Shown in pieces: positions 23,211-36,100 of a stretch of DNA of 64,000 bases. This stretch comes from Hemiscyllium ocellatum. Lineage: Eukaryota. A program made the translations under genes and the position numbers. Each line of letters begins with the position of its first letter. Position 1 is the stretch's first letter. The notes beneath the pieces were generated by a model that saw only the letters and a program-made list of their open reading frames with translations, was not told the DNA's origin and searched no databases. Where the stretch lies: NCBI RefSeq assembly GCF_020745735.1, contig NC_083424.1:49772999-49836998 (forward strand). The letters are read 5' to 3'.

Positions 23211-25029
23211 GTTTACCACTTCACTGATTACTTGCATGTTACTATAGAATTGTGGGACAAGTAACAATGACCGTAATTTATGGGGAAAGAACCAATAGGC
23301 ATGATCTGACCTCGCAATAAACTGCAAATAAAGAAGGCAATCGGAAGGTGGAGGGGGAAATCTTGCTGCCAGTGCCTGGGCTTTTAAAACAATGAGGGCG
23401 GGGTGAGCGGATGTGAGGGATGTAAAGACCTGAAGTCTGTTTGCATCTTTCTCGCATCCATGACCTGCCCTCTCCAGCCCCACAGGGCATGTTGAGCAGC
23501 AGATAATTCGGCGCTGAGTTGCTGCACGGCTAAGTTGCAGCTGCTGTCAGTTCAGTGACTCTCTCATGAACGCATTCGAAACTGGCTGGCAGAGCAGACA
23601 CAGCCACTTGTGACTGTCTAAGCTGAACGCAACGTTCTGATGGCTTGCACCACAACAGTGTTTGCAGAGGCATCACTGTCTGTTATGGACAGCCTCGATG
23701 AACCCACTTTTACTGTACCCATGACATGAGCTTCACCCATGACACCTTGCTCAGTGTGACAGAGTCATGGAGATGGAGAGGCAGGGTTTCCGTGATCACA
23801 GACTCTCCCTTCTTCAAAGTGCACGGGTTTGCGGGTGATCGTCAGTGTTACCGCACCGCCAGCTCTGCCCACGCATGTAGAGTGCGCCCCCTGCTGCTCC
23901 GTTTCATGATGCCTTTCTTCCTCCCTCAAAACAGTTTCCGTATCACATTTGTGGAAAACCCACGGTTCTGTTCCTGGAACAACGTTCCATTGTAGACACT
24001 AAGCAGCTGCCGCTGCTGAATTACTGCCGTCACCAGTTGACGTGCTCGTTGACCCTGTGGATTGCTCAGAGGAAAGCATTTATAATTATTAAATACAACT
24101 AATTATTTATTATTTCAGCTCGTGACGTCCTCCTTGTATATAGAGTCACAACGTCATACAGATCGGAAACAGATCCTTCGGCGCAAACAGTCCATGCCGA
24201 ATATAACCCCAAACAAAATTCTCCGTACCTGCCTACACTTGACCTATATACCTCCGAACATTTCCTATTTGTTTACTTATGCAAATGTCTTTTGTATGTT
24301 CTAACTGCATTAACATCCACCACATCCTCTGGAAGTTCATTCCACACACGAACACACTGTGCAAGAAAGTTAGTCCTCAGTTCTTTTCAAATCTTTCTCT
24401 GCTCAAAGTTTGCCCCAGTCTTGAAATTCGTCGCCCGACGAAAAAAGTCACATGCCATTCATCTTTGCTATATCCCTCGTGATTTCATAAACCTCTATTA
24501 GGTCACCCCCTAACCTCCTACGCTCCAGTGAGAAAAGTCACAATCCCTCCAGCCTGGCAACATCCTGGTAAATCTCTTCTGAACCCTCTCCAGCTTAATG
24601 ATATCATACGTATTACTGGGCGATCAGAACTGGACCCAATACTCAAGAAAAGGCCTCACCAACCTACTGTACATCTTCAACATGATGTCTGAGCTCCTGT
24701 AATCAAAGTACTGAACACTGAAGGCAAACGTCCTAAACGCGTTCTTAACCACCCCGTCTGCATGTGACGCACACTTCAAACAATTATATGCCTGATTCCC
24801 TGGTCTCTCTGTTCTACAACAATTCCCTCGGCTCTATCTTTAATTGGATAAGTCCTGCCCTTGCTAATTTTATCAAAACGCAATACCTCACATTTATCCA
24901 AAATAGAATATCCTCAGCCCATTAAACCAAGAGCTTTGACGAAGAGTCAGTTAGACTCGAGACGTCAGCTCTTTTCTCTCCTTACAGATGCTGCCAGACC
25001 TGCTGAGATTTTCCAGCATTTTCTCTTTT

Positions 25030-28000
25030 GGTGGGCAGGTGAGACTAGTTTACTTTGGGAGCATGGTCAGCATAGAGTGGTTGGAACAAAAGGTCTGTGT
25101 CCTTGCTGTTGGACTGTAACGGTTTACTGCATGTGATTTGTTCGAGGTTTTGATTGAATCTTATCAGATCGAGCGGATCGGTTGAAGAGACAGATAGAAG
25201 CAATGAGGAATTTGCAACAGCAACAGTATGTGATGGATGGCAGTTATAGGAAGGGGAGAAAGTCTCAGATACAGTCACATAGATGGGTTAACTCCAGGAA
25301 GGGTGAGAGAGGTCAGCACCTAGGGTCATTTCTGGATATACCCATTTCAAACAGGACGTTGTTTTGGAGAATGTAGGGGGTGGTGGATTCTCAGGGGAAC
25401 GTAGCACGAACAGCCAAGTTTCTGGTATTGAGACTGGCTCTAATGCAACGAGGGTATGTCGGCTTCCAAGAGATCAATTGTGTTAGGGGATTCTGTAGTC
25501 AGAGGTACAGACAGACGTTTCTGTGGCCAGCAGAGAAAAAGCAGAATGGTGTGTTGTTTCCCTGGTGCCAGGATCAGGGATGTCTCAGAGAGGGTGAAGA
25601 ATGTTCTCAAGGGGGAGAGGTGCCAGCAGGAGGTCATTGTCCACATTGGAACCAATGACATTGGAAGGGAAAAGGTTGAGATTCTGAAGGGAGATTACAG
25701 AGAGTTAGGCAGAAATTTAAAAAGGAGGTCCTCAAGGGTAGTAATATCTGGATTAGTCCCAGTGCTACGAGCTAGTGAGGGCAGGAATAGGAGGATAGAG
25801 CAGATGAATGCATGGCTGAGGAGCTGGTGTATGGGTGAAGGATTTACATTTTTGGATCATTGGAATCTCTTTTAGCATAGAAGTGACCTGTACAAGAAGG
25901 ACGGATTCACCTAAATTGGAAGGGGCCTAATATACTGGCAGGGGCATTTGCTAGAACTGCTTGGGAGGATTTAAACTAGTAAGGTGGGGGGGGTGGGGGA
26001 GGGGTGTTGGGGACCCAGGGAGATAGTGAGGAAAGAGATCGAACTGAGACGGGTACAGCTGAGAACAGAAGTGAGTCAAACAGTCAGGGCAGGCAGGGAG
26101 AAGGTAGGACTAATAAATTAAACTGCATTTATTTCAATGGAAGGGGCCTAACAGGGAAGGCAGATGAACTCAGGGCATGGTTAGGAACGTGGGGCTGGGA
26201 TATCATAGCAATTACGGGAATATGGCTCAGGGATGGGCAGGACTGGTAGCTTAATGTTCCAGGATACAAATGCTACAGGAAGGATAGAAAGGGAGGCAAG
26301 AGAGGAGTGGGAGTGGCATTTTTGATAAGGGATAGCATTACAGCTGTGCTGAGGGAGGATATTCCTCGAAATACATCCAGGGAAGTTATTTGGGTGGAAC
26401 TGAGAAATACGAAAGGGATGATCACCTTATTGGGATTGTATTCTCGATTCCCCCGCCCCCCCCCCCCCCCCACCCACCCCCATAGTCAGAGGTAAATTGA
26501 GAAACAAACTTGTAAGGAGATCTCAGCTATCCGTAAGAATAATAGGGTAGTTATGGTAGGGGATTTTAACTTTCCATACATCGACTGGGACTGCCATAGT
26601 GTTAAAGGTTTAGATGGAGAGGAATTTAAGTGTGTACAAGACAATTTTCTGATTCAGTATGTGGATATACCTATGAGAGAAGGTGCAAAACTGGACCTAC
26701 TCTTGGGAAATAAGGCAGGGCAGGTGACTGAGGTGTCAGTGGGGGAGCACTTTGGGGCCAGCGACTATAATTCTATTCGTTTTAAAATAGTGATGGAAAA
26801 GGATAGGCCAGATCTAAAAGTTGAAGTTCTAAATTGGAGAAAGGCCAATTTTGAGGGTATTAGGCAAGAACATTCGAAAGCTGATTGGAGGCAGATGTTC
26901 GCAGGTAAATGGATGACTGGAAAATGGGAAGCCTTCAGAAATGAGATAACAAGAATCCAGAGAAAGTATATTCCTGTCAGGGTGAAAGGGGAGGCTGGTA
27001 GGTATAGGGAATGCTGGATGACTAAAGAAATTGAGGGTTTGGTTGAGAAAAAGAAGGAAGCATTTGGAAGGTATAGACACGATAGAGATCGAGTGAATCC
27101 TTAGAAGAGTATAAAGAAAGTAGGAGTATGCTTAAGAGGGAAATCAGGACAGTAAAACGGGGACATGAGATAGCTTTGGCAAATAGAATTAAGGAGAATC
27201 CAAAGGGGTTTTACAAATATATTAAGGACAAAAGGGTAACTAGGGAGAGAATAGGGCCCCTCAAAGATCAGCAAGGCGGCCTTTGTGTGGAGCCACAGAA
27301 AATGGGGGAGGTACTAAATGAATATTTTGCATCAGTATTTACTGTGGAAAAGGATATAGAAGATATAGACTGTAGGGAAATAGATGGTGACATCTTGCAA
27401 AATGTCCAGATTACGGAGGAGGAAGTGCTGGATGTCTTGAAACGGTTAAAAGTGGATAAATTCCCAGAACCTGATCAGGTGTACGGAGAGCTCTGTAGGA
27501 AGCTAGAGAAGTGGTTGCTGGGCCTCTTGATGAGACATTTTTATCATTGATAGTCACAGGTGAGTGCCAGAAGACTGGAGGTTGGCTCACGTGGTGCGAC
27601 TGTTTAAGAACGGTGGTAAAGACAAGCCAGGGAACTATAGACCGGTGAGCCTGACCTCGGTGGTGGGCAAGTTGTTGGAGGGAATCCTGAGGGACAGGAT
27701 ATACATGTATTTAGAAAGGCAAGGACTGATTAGGGATAATCATCATGGCTTTGTGCGTGTGAAATCATGTCTCAGAAACTTGATTGAGTTTTTTGAAGAA
27801 GTAACAAAGAAGATTGATGAGGGCAGAGCAGTAGATGTGATCTATGTGGACTTCAGTAAGGCGTTTGACAAGATTCCCCATGGGAGACTGATTAGCAAGT
27901 TTAGATCTTATGGAATATAGGGAGAACTAGCCATTTGGATGCAGAACTGGCTGAAAGGTAGAAGACAGAGGGTGGGGGTGGAGGGTTGTTTTTCAGACTG

Positions 28001-29310
28001 GAGGCCTGTGACCAATGGAGTGTCACAAGGATCGGTGCTGGGCCCTCTATTTTTTGTCATTTACATAAATGATTTGGATGCGAGCATAAGAGGTACAGTT
28101 AGTAAGTTTGCAGATTACACCAAAATTGGAGGTGTAGTGGACAGCGAAGAGGGTAACGTCAGATTACAACAGGATTAGATTAGATTAGATTACTTACAGT
28201 GTGGAAACAGGCCCTTCGGCCCAACAAGTCCACACCGACCCGCCGAAGCGCAACCCACCCGTACCCCTACATATACCCCTTACCTAACACTACGGGCAAT
28301 TTAGCATGGCCAATTCACCTGACCCGCACATCTTTGGACTGTGGGAGGAAACCGGAGCACCCGGAGGAAACCCACACAGACACGGGGAGAACATGCAAAC
28401 TCCACACAGTCAGTCGCCTGAGGCGGGAATTGAACCCAGGTCCCTGGTGCTGTGAGGCAGCAGTGCTAACCACTGTGCCACCGTGCCACCCTATGACCAG
28501 ATGGACCAATGGGCTGACAAGTGGCAGATGAGTTTAATTCAGATAAATACAAAGTGCTGCATTTTGGGAAAGCAAATCTTAGCAGGACTTACATATTTAA
28601 TGGTAAGGTCCTAGGGAGTGTTGCTGAACAAAGGGACCTTGGAGTGCAGGTTCATAGCTCCTTGAAAGTGGAGTCACAGGTAGATAGGATAGTGAAGAAG
28701 GCGTTTGGTCTGCTTTCCTTATTGGTCAGAGTATTGAGTACAGGAGTTGGGAGGTCATGTTGTGGCTGTACAGGACATTGGTTAGGCCACTGTTGGAATA
28801 TTGGGTGCAATTTTGGTCTCCTTCCTATCGGAAAGATGTTGTGAAACTTGAAAGGGTTCAGAAAAGGATGTTGCTGGGGTTGGAGGATCTGAGCTACAGG
28901 GAGAGGCTGAACAGACTGGGGCTGTTTTCCCTGGAGTATCGGAGGCTGCAGGGTGACCTTTTAGAGGTTTACAAAATTATGAGGGGCATGGATAGGATAA
29001 ATAGGCAAAGTCTTTTCCATGATAACAGGGAGTCCAGAACTAGAGGGCATAGGTTTAGGGTGAGGGGGAAAGATATAAAACAGACCTAAGGGGCAACTTT
29101 CTCACGCAGAGGGTGGTGCGTGTATGGAATGAGCTGCCAGAGGATGTGGTGGAGGCTGGTACAATTGCAACATTTAAGAGGCATTTGGATGGGTATATGA
29201 ATATGGTGCTGGCAGGTGGGACTAGACTGGTTTGGGGTATCTGGTCGACTTGGATGGATTGCATTGAAGAGTCTGTTTCCATGCTGTACATCTCTATGAC
29301 TCCATGACTC
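25030..29310 (+). mobile_element. Long CR1 LINE (ORF1 esterase and ORF2 EN/RT), frameshifted
   Basis: ORF 25456..25875 SGNH esterase (IVLGDSVVRG, VHIGTND); EN motifs (VGDFNFP, LDLLLGN, GASD); RT motifs (NYRPVSLTSVVGKLLE, DFSKAFDK, QGSVLGP, FADY); repetitive 3' tail at ~29293-29310. Confidence 0.92.
28173..28490 (-). mobile_element. HE1/V-SINE-like SINE inserted in the CR1 RT
   Basis: Reverse-complement homologue of 18233-18525 with (AATCT)n tail; CR1 sequence resumes after it. Confidence 0.88.
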
Positions 29311-29314
29311 TGTA

Positions 29315-29585
29315 ACTGATGAAGATTTAGGGTGTTGGTTTGCTCGCTGAGCTGTTGGCTTGGTATCCAGACGTTTCATTACCTGGCTAGGTAACATCAT
29401 CAGTGGTCACCTCCATGTGAAGCGAAGCTGTTGTCTCCTGCTTTCTATTTATATGCTTCCCCTGGATGGGGTTCCTGAGGTTTGTAGTGATGTCATTTCC
29501 TGTTCGTTTTCTGAGGGATTGATAGATGCTATCTATATCAATGTGTTTGTTTATGGCGTTGTGGTTGGAGTGCCAGGCCTCTAGG
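29315..29585 (-). mobile_element. 3' fragment of a PLE related to the 8810-10280 element
   Basis: Similar tail organisation with a hammerhead motif. Confidence 0.7.
29367..29406 (-). ncRNA. Minimal hammerhead ribozyme motif, intact core
   Basis: Minus strand CCA-CTGATGA-T-GTTACC(TAGCCA)GGTAAT-GAAAC-GTC-TGG: 3-bp stem I, 6-bp stem II. Confidence 0.7.
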
Positions 29586-30545
29586 AATGAAGATTTCTTT
29601 GTAGTCTTAGATAACTTTCTTCATTGTCCACTCTACTGCCACTTTTGACGTCATCTGCAAACTTACTAATCATGCCTTCTATATCCTCATTTAATTCATT
29701 CATATAAGTGAGAAACACAAGTGAATCCAGAACCAAACCCTGCAAAACACAGCTGGTAACAGGTCTCCATCCTTAAAAACAATACTGAACTACTACTCTG
29801 TGGTTCCTCCTGTACAGCTAACTTTGTATCCATTTGGCAAGCTCACCCTCAATCCCATGTGATCTTACTTAATTCATGAGTCTACGCTGTGGAACATTGT
29901 CAAAGGTTTTGAAAAGTCCAAGTAAAGATCCTAACATTAGATGGAGCACTGTTTGGTAGTCCCCAAAACCGCCAACTTGCCCTGTTAGGTGAGCAAATTT
30001 CAGAACATTTCCCATCTCTGAAGTGGGACTTGATTTTAAAACAAGGAAAACTAAATGGGAATCTGGTCGGGATGTGCGGGGCTGTGGCTTCAGTATCTCT
30101 GCATTGAGAATTCACACCTCCATCTGGGTGAATGCACTCAAGCAAAGGGCACGCTGTAAGCTAAAGCTCTGCTGTTTGTTTTCTGGGTAAAAACAATCAC
30201 TGCAGATGCTGGAAACCAGATTCTGGATCAGTGGTGCTGGAAAAGCACAGCAGTTCAGGCAGCATCCAACAAGCAGCTTTTCTGGTCAGACAGTAATAGA
30301 AACCCTGCAGGAATATCTGCGGTAACCCTTCAGATGAAATCACTGGTCCAATTAAAGATGAATTGATCTGAAGCTCCCGGACTTGGAGGGATGAGCGGTT
30401 CAATTTCTCAATGAAATTTAAATGTCACAAATCCCATGTCAGCCCGCCATAACCGCCAATCAATTGGGAGGAAGGGAGATGCACGTTTGGAATGGGTGAG
30501 CTTTTCATTGAAGGAGACTAAGAGGCAGGCATGAGGTGAGAGGGA

Positions 30546-32348
30546 AAAAACGTTTGAGACACCACCCACACCCTCCAACTCCTCCAAGACTTCCGTTTCC
30601 CTGGCTGACAATGCCTCGTCTTCACCATGGATATCCAATCCCTCTACACCTCCATCCGCCATGATCAGGGCCTCCAAGCCCTCCGTTTTTTTCTCTCCAG
30701 ACGTCTCCAACAGTACCCTTCCACCGACAGTCTCATTCGTTTGGCTGAACTGGTGCTCATCCTTAACAATTTCTCTTTTGAATCCTCCCACTTCCTCCAG
30801 ACCAAACGGGTAGCCGTGGGCACATGTATGGGCCCCAGCTATGCCTGTCTCTTTGTTGGCTACGTAGAACAGTTGATCTTCTGTAATTACACCGGCACCA
30901 CTCCCCACCTCTTCCTCCGCTACATTGATGACTGCATTGGTGCCACCTCGTGCTCCCGCGAGGAGGTTGAGCAATTCATCAACTTCACTAACACATTCCA
31001 CCCCGACCTTAAATTTACCTGGACCATCTCTGACACCTCCCTCCCCTTCCTGGACCTCTCCATCTCCATTAATGTTGACCGACTTGACACTGACATTTTT
31101 TACAAACCCACTGATTCCCACAGCTACTTGGATTACACCTCTTCCCACTCTATCTCTTGCAAAAATGCCATCCCGTATTCCCAATTCCTCCACCCCCGCT
31201 GTATCTGCTCCCAAGAGGACCAGTTCCACCATAGAACACACCAGGTGGCCTCCTTCTTTAGAGATCACAATTTCCCTTCCCATGTGGTTAAAGATGCCCT
31301 CCAACGCATCTCGTCCACATCCCGCACCTCCGCCCTCAGACCACACCCCTCCAACCGTAACAAGGACAGAACGCCCCGGTGCTCACCTTCCACCCTTCCA
31401 ACCTTCGTATAAATCAAATCATCTGCTGACATTTCCGCCACCTCCAAAAAAACCCCACCAGGCATATATTTCCCTCCCCACCCCTTTCCGCCTTCCGCAA
31501 AGACCGTTCTCTCCGTGACTACCTCGTCAGGTCCATGCCCCCTACGACCCACCCTCCCGTCCTGGCACTTTCCCCTGCCACCGCAGGAACTGTAAAACCT
31601 GTGCCCATGCCTCCTCCCTCACCTCTATCCAAGGCCTTAAAGGTGCCTTCCACATCCATCAAAGTTTTACCTGCATAGCCACTAATATCATTTATTGTAT
31701 CCGTTGCTCCCGATGCAGTCTCCTCTACATTGGGGAGACTGGGCGCCTCCTAGCAGACCGCTTTAGGGAACATCTCCGAGATACCCGCACCAATCAACCA
31801 CACCACCCCATGGCCCAACATTTCAACTCCCCCTCCCACTCTGCCGAGGACATGGAGGTCCTGGGCCTCCTTCACCGCCATTCCCTCACCACCAGACACC
31901 TGAACGAAGAACGCCTCACCTTCCGCCTCGGAACACTTCCACCCAGGGCATCAATGTGGACTTCAACAGCTTCCTCATTTCCCCTTCCCCCATCTCATCC
32001 TAGTTTCAAACTTCCAGCTCAGCACTGTCACCATGACTTGTCCGGACTGGTACAACCTACCTATCTTCTTTTCCACCTATCCACTCCACCCTCTCCTCCC
32101 TGACCTATCATCTTCCTCTCCCCCCCACTCCTCTCCTCCCTGACGTATCACCTTCCTCTCCTCCCCCACTCACCCATTGTACTCTATGCTACACTCTCCC
32201 CACCCCATCCCCCACTAGCTTATCTCTCCATGCTTCCAACTCACTGCCTTTATTTCTGATGAAGGGCCTTTGCCCGAAACGTCGATTTCGCTGCTCGTTG
32301 GATGCTGCCTGAACTGCTGTGCACTTCCAGCACCATTGATCCAGAATC
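30546..32348 (+). mobile_element. 5'-truncated Penelope-like element (RT, GIY-YIG, terminal repeat)
   Basis: 12-bp TSD AGGTGAGAGGGA (30534-30545, 32349-32360). ORF 30627..31412 MDIQSLYTSI, GTCMGPSYA, RYIDDC. GIY-YIG coding at ~31680-31790; hammerhead core CTGATGA-A-GGGC(CTTT)GCCC-GAAACGTC at 32256-32283. Confidence 0.92.
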
Positions 32349-32729
32349 AGGTGAGAGGGAGGCATATACGGCCCTAGCCCTGCCCTAAACAAGAGCTGGG
32401 GGACCCTGTCCTGTTGTACCTGAGACAGCAGGCGGACAGTTATAGGGGCTGGCATATATCCATCCTGCCCTCTGCACCGGGGAACTCAAGCATCAGTTCT
32501 TTGACTGGCAGCTTGAACACTGAGCACTGCTGCTGTGCTGCTATATGTGAGAAAGAGTCAGATGGAGAAATCTGTCCAACATGTAGTTCTGTGGAGGGAG
32601 AGAGAATTTGCGATCACATCTCTCTCTCTCACCCTGGGGATTACAGGGCACCTGGGAGAGACAAGGGGTCAGAACAGGGGGCCAGTGCTTCAGGGTACTG
32701 CAGAGAGAAGGGCTGGAGGAGACAAGGAT

Positions 32730-33190
32730 AGATTCCAATCTGCAACTCACTCCAGGGTATCTCTTATTCTATACATAAACCGCCCAAAACTCTCGATTAG
32801 ATTCTAGTCTGTAATTCACTCACTGCAGGGCACGTTATTTGATATATAAATCAGCTGAACCTCTCACAAAGATTCCAGTCTGTAACTCCGTCCCTGGTAC
32901 CTGTTATTCTATATACAGATCTCCTGAATCCCTGCAGTTAGATTCCAGTCTGTAACTCCCTCCCAGTTATCTGTTATTCTGTACATAAATCACCCTGAAT
33001 GGCTTGAATATATTCCGGACTGTAACTGATTCCTGGGTATCTGTTATTATATATGTGAGTCATCTGAACACCACGATTTGATTCCAACCTAAAACTCGCT
33101 CCCAGGTCTCTGTTATTCTAAACATAAACAATCTGAACTCCTCAATTAGATTCCAGGTTCTAACTCACTCCTGAATATCTGTTATTCAAT
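32730..33190. repeat. Degenerate ~70-bp satellite, ~6.5 copies
   Basis: ATTC(C/T)AGTCTGTAACTC..TATCTGTTATTCTA-like units start at 32732, 32801, 32872, 32942, 33012, 33081, 33150 (spacing 69-71). Confidence 0.85.
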
Positions 33191-36100
33191 GCATACAAAT
33201 GTATTCCAATTGTTTGAGTGAGATTCAGTGCAGGATAGATAAAGGGGAAACAGTGGATGAAATATATTTGGATTTTCAAAAGCTTTTGAATAAGCAACCA
33301 CACATAAGGATACTTTATAAAATGAGAGCCTGTTTTGATGGGGTTGTACATTGGCATGGGCAGAGGAGTGGCCAACTACTAGAAGGCAGACATTCAAAAT
33401 AAGACATGATTGTTAGATATGGATAGGTTAGTGAGTCGTAACAAAAACTTTGTAGATGGAATGTAATGTGGGGAAATATGAGGCAATGCACTTTGGCAGG
33501 AAGAATGGAGGAATGAATATTATTGTAATTGGGAAAGACTATTAGAAAGCTACAACACAATGGAATTTGGAGCTAGCATTGAAGTTCAACAAGTCATAGC
33601 AAGGACAAATGGAAGGTTAGCATTGATTGAAAAGGGAATGGTATGGAAGGTTTAATTTATAAAGAAAGGTTGCGTAGGCTGGGATGTTTTTCACTGGAGT
33701 GTAGAAGGTTGAGGGATGTCCGTATAGGGGTTTGCAAAATGATGAGAGGTATAGATAGGGTTAATGGTGGGTGTCAATTCTATAGGATGGGGGATTTCAA
33801 GACTAGGACCATGTCTTCAGAATCCTTAAGGGGGAGGGTGTGCAGCCAGAAGTCGTGGTGCACATTGGCACCAACGACATAGGTAGGAAGAGAGTTGGGG
33901 AGGTCATTCAGGAGCTCAGGGAGTTAGGCTGGAAGCTAAAAGCTAGGATGGACAGCGTCATCATCTCTGGGTTGTTGCCAGTGCCACGTGACAGTGAGGC
34001 AAGGAATAGGGAGAGAGTGTAGTTGAACACGTGGCTGCAAGGATGGTGGAGGAGGGAGGCCTTTAGGTATTTGGACAATTGGACTGCATTCTGGGGAAGG
34101 TGGGACCTGTACAAGCAGGACAGGTTGCATCTGAACCAGAAGGGCAACAATATCCTGGGAGGTAGGTTTGCTAGCACTCTTCGGGGGGGGGTTAAACTAA
34201 TTTGGCAGGGGGATGGGATCTTGACTTGTAGTCCAGCAAGTAGGTTAGCTGCTTTTCAGGATGTCCAAGAATGTAGAGAGGCTGTGGAGAAGGTAGCACT
34301 GACAGGGAATACTTGTGGACACAGAGATGTGTTCAAGTGTGTATACTTTAATGCAAGGAGTATCAGAAATAAGGTGGGTGAACTTAAGGCATGGATCAGT
34401 ACTTGGGACTATGAAGTTGTGGCCATCACGGAAATGTGGATAGAAGAGGGACAGGAATGGTTCTTGGAGGTTCCTGGTTACAGATGTTTCAGTAAGATTA
34501 GGGAGGGTGGTAAAAAAAAAAGGAGTGGGTGTGGCATTGCTAATTAGAAATGGTATAATGTCTCCAGAAAGGCAGTTCGAGGGGGATCTGCCTTTGGAGA
34601 TAGGAGAAATAGGAAAGGAGCAGTCACCTTGTTGGGTGTTTACTATAGGCCCCATAATAGCAGCAGAGATGTGGAGAAACAGATTGGGAAACAGATTTTG
34701 GAAAGGTGCAGAAGCCACAGGGTAGTAGTCATGGGCGATTTCAACTTCCCAAATATTAATTGGAAGCTCTTTTAGATCAAGTAGATTGGGACGGTGCGGT
34801 GTTTGTGCAGTGTGTCCAGGAAGCTTTTCTAACTCAGTATGTAAATTGTCCAACCAGAGGGGAGGCCATATTGGATTTGGTACTTGGCAACGAACCAAGA
34901 CAAGTGATGGGCTTGTTAGTGGGTGAACATTTTGGTGATGGTGACCACAATTCTGTGACTTTCATCTTGGTTATGGAGAGAGATAGGTGCGTGCAACAGG
35001 GTAGGTTTTACAATTGGGGAAAGAGTAAATACGATGCTGCAAGACAGGATCTGAGGAGCATAAGTTGGGAGCATAGGCTGTCAGGGAAGGATGTCGTTGA
35101 AATGTGGAACTTTTTCAAGGAACAGATACGACATGTCCTTGATATGTATATACCTGTCAGGCAGGAAAGAGACGGTCGTGTGAGCGAACCTTGGTTGACG
35201 AGGGAGGTTGAACGTCTAGTAAAGAGGAAGAAGGAGGCTTACATAAGGTTGAGGAAACAAGTTTCAGACAGAACGTTGGAGGGATACAGGATAGCCAGGA
35301 GGGAGCTGAAGAAAGGGATTAGGAGAGCTAAAGAGGGCATTAAAAATCTTTGGCGGCTAGGATCAAGGATAACCCCAAGGCCTTTTATGCATATGTGAGA
35401 AACGTGAGAATGACGAGAACGAGGGTAGGTCCGATCAAGGACAGTAGTGGGAGACTGTGTACTGAGTCGGAAGAGATAGGAGAGGTCTTGAACGAGTACC
35501 TTTCTTCAATTTCTCTTACAAATGAGAGGGACTGTATTGTTGAAGAGGAGAGTATGAAACGGACTGATAAGCTAGAGGAGATACTTGTTAGGAAGGAAGA
35601 TGTGTTGGGCATTTTGAAAAACTTGAGGATAGACAAGTGCCCCGGGCCTGACGGGATATATCCTAGATTATGTTGGAAGCAAGAGAGGAAATTGCAGAGC
35701 CGTTGGCAATGATCTTTTTGTCTTCACAGGGGACTGGAGAGTGGACAATGTTGTGCCCCTGTTCAAAAAAGGGAATAGGGATAACCCCAGGAATTACAGG
35801 CCAGTTAGTCTCACTTCGGTGGTAGGCAATGTAATGGAATGGGTACTGAGGGATAGGATTTTTGAGTATCTGGAAAGACACTGCTTGATTAGGGACAGCC
35901 AGCACGGATTTGTGAGGGGCAGGTCTTGCCTTACAAGTCTTATTGAATTCTTTGAGGAAGTGACCAAGCATGTGGATGAGGGTAGAGCAGTGGATGCAGT
36001 GTACATGGATTTTAGTAAGGCATTTGATAAGGTTCCCCATGGTTAGCTTATGCGGAAAGTCAGGAGGCATGGAATAGTGGGAAATTTGGCCAGTTGGATA

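Noticed and set aside
30408-31552. Long antisense ORFs (312 aa at 30408..31346, and similar at 52153..53283, 34245..34898, 8525..9145)
   Set aside because: Shadow frames of PLE or CR1 coding sequence with biased composition; no independent protein motifs.
32730-33190. CRISPR-like array
   Set aside because: Eukaryotic context; whole units are degenerate copies of each other with no repeat/unique-spacer alternation and no cas genes.
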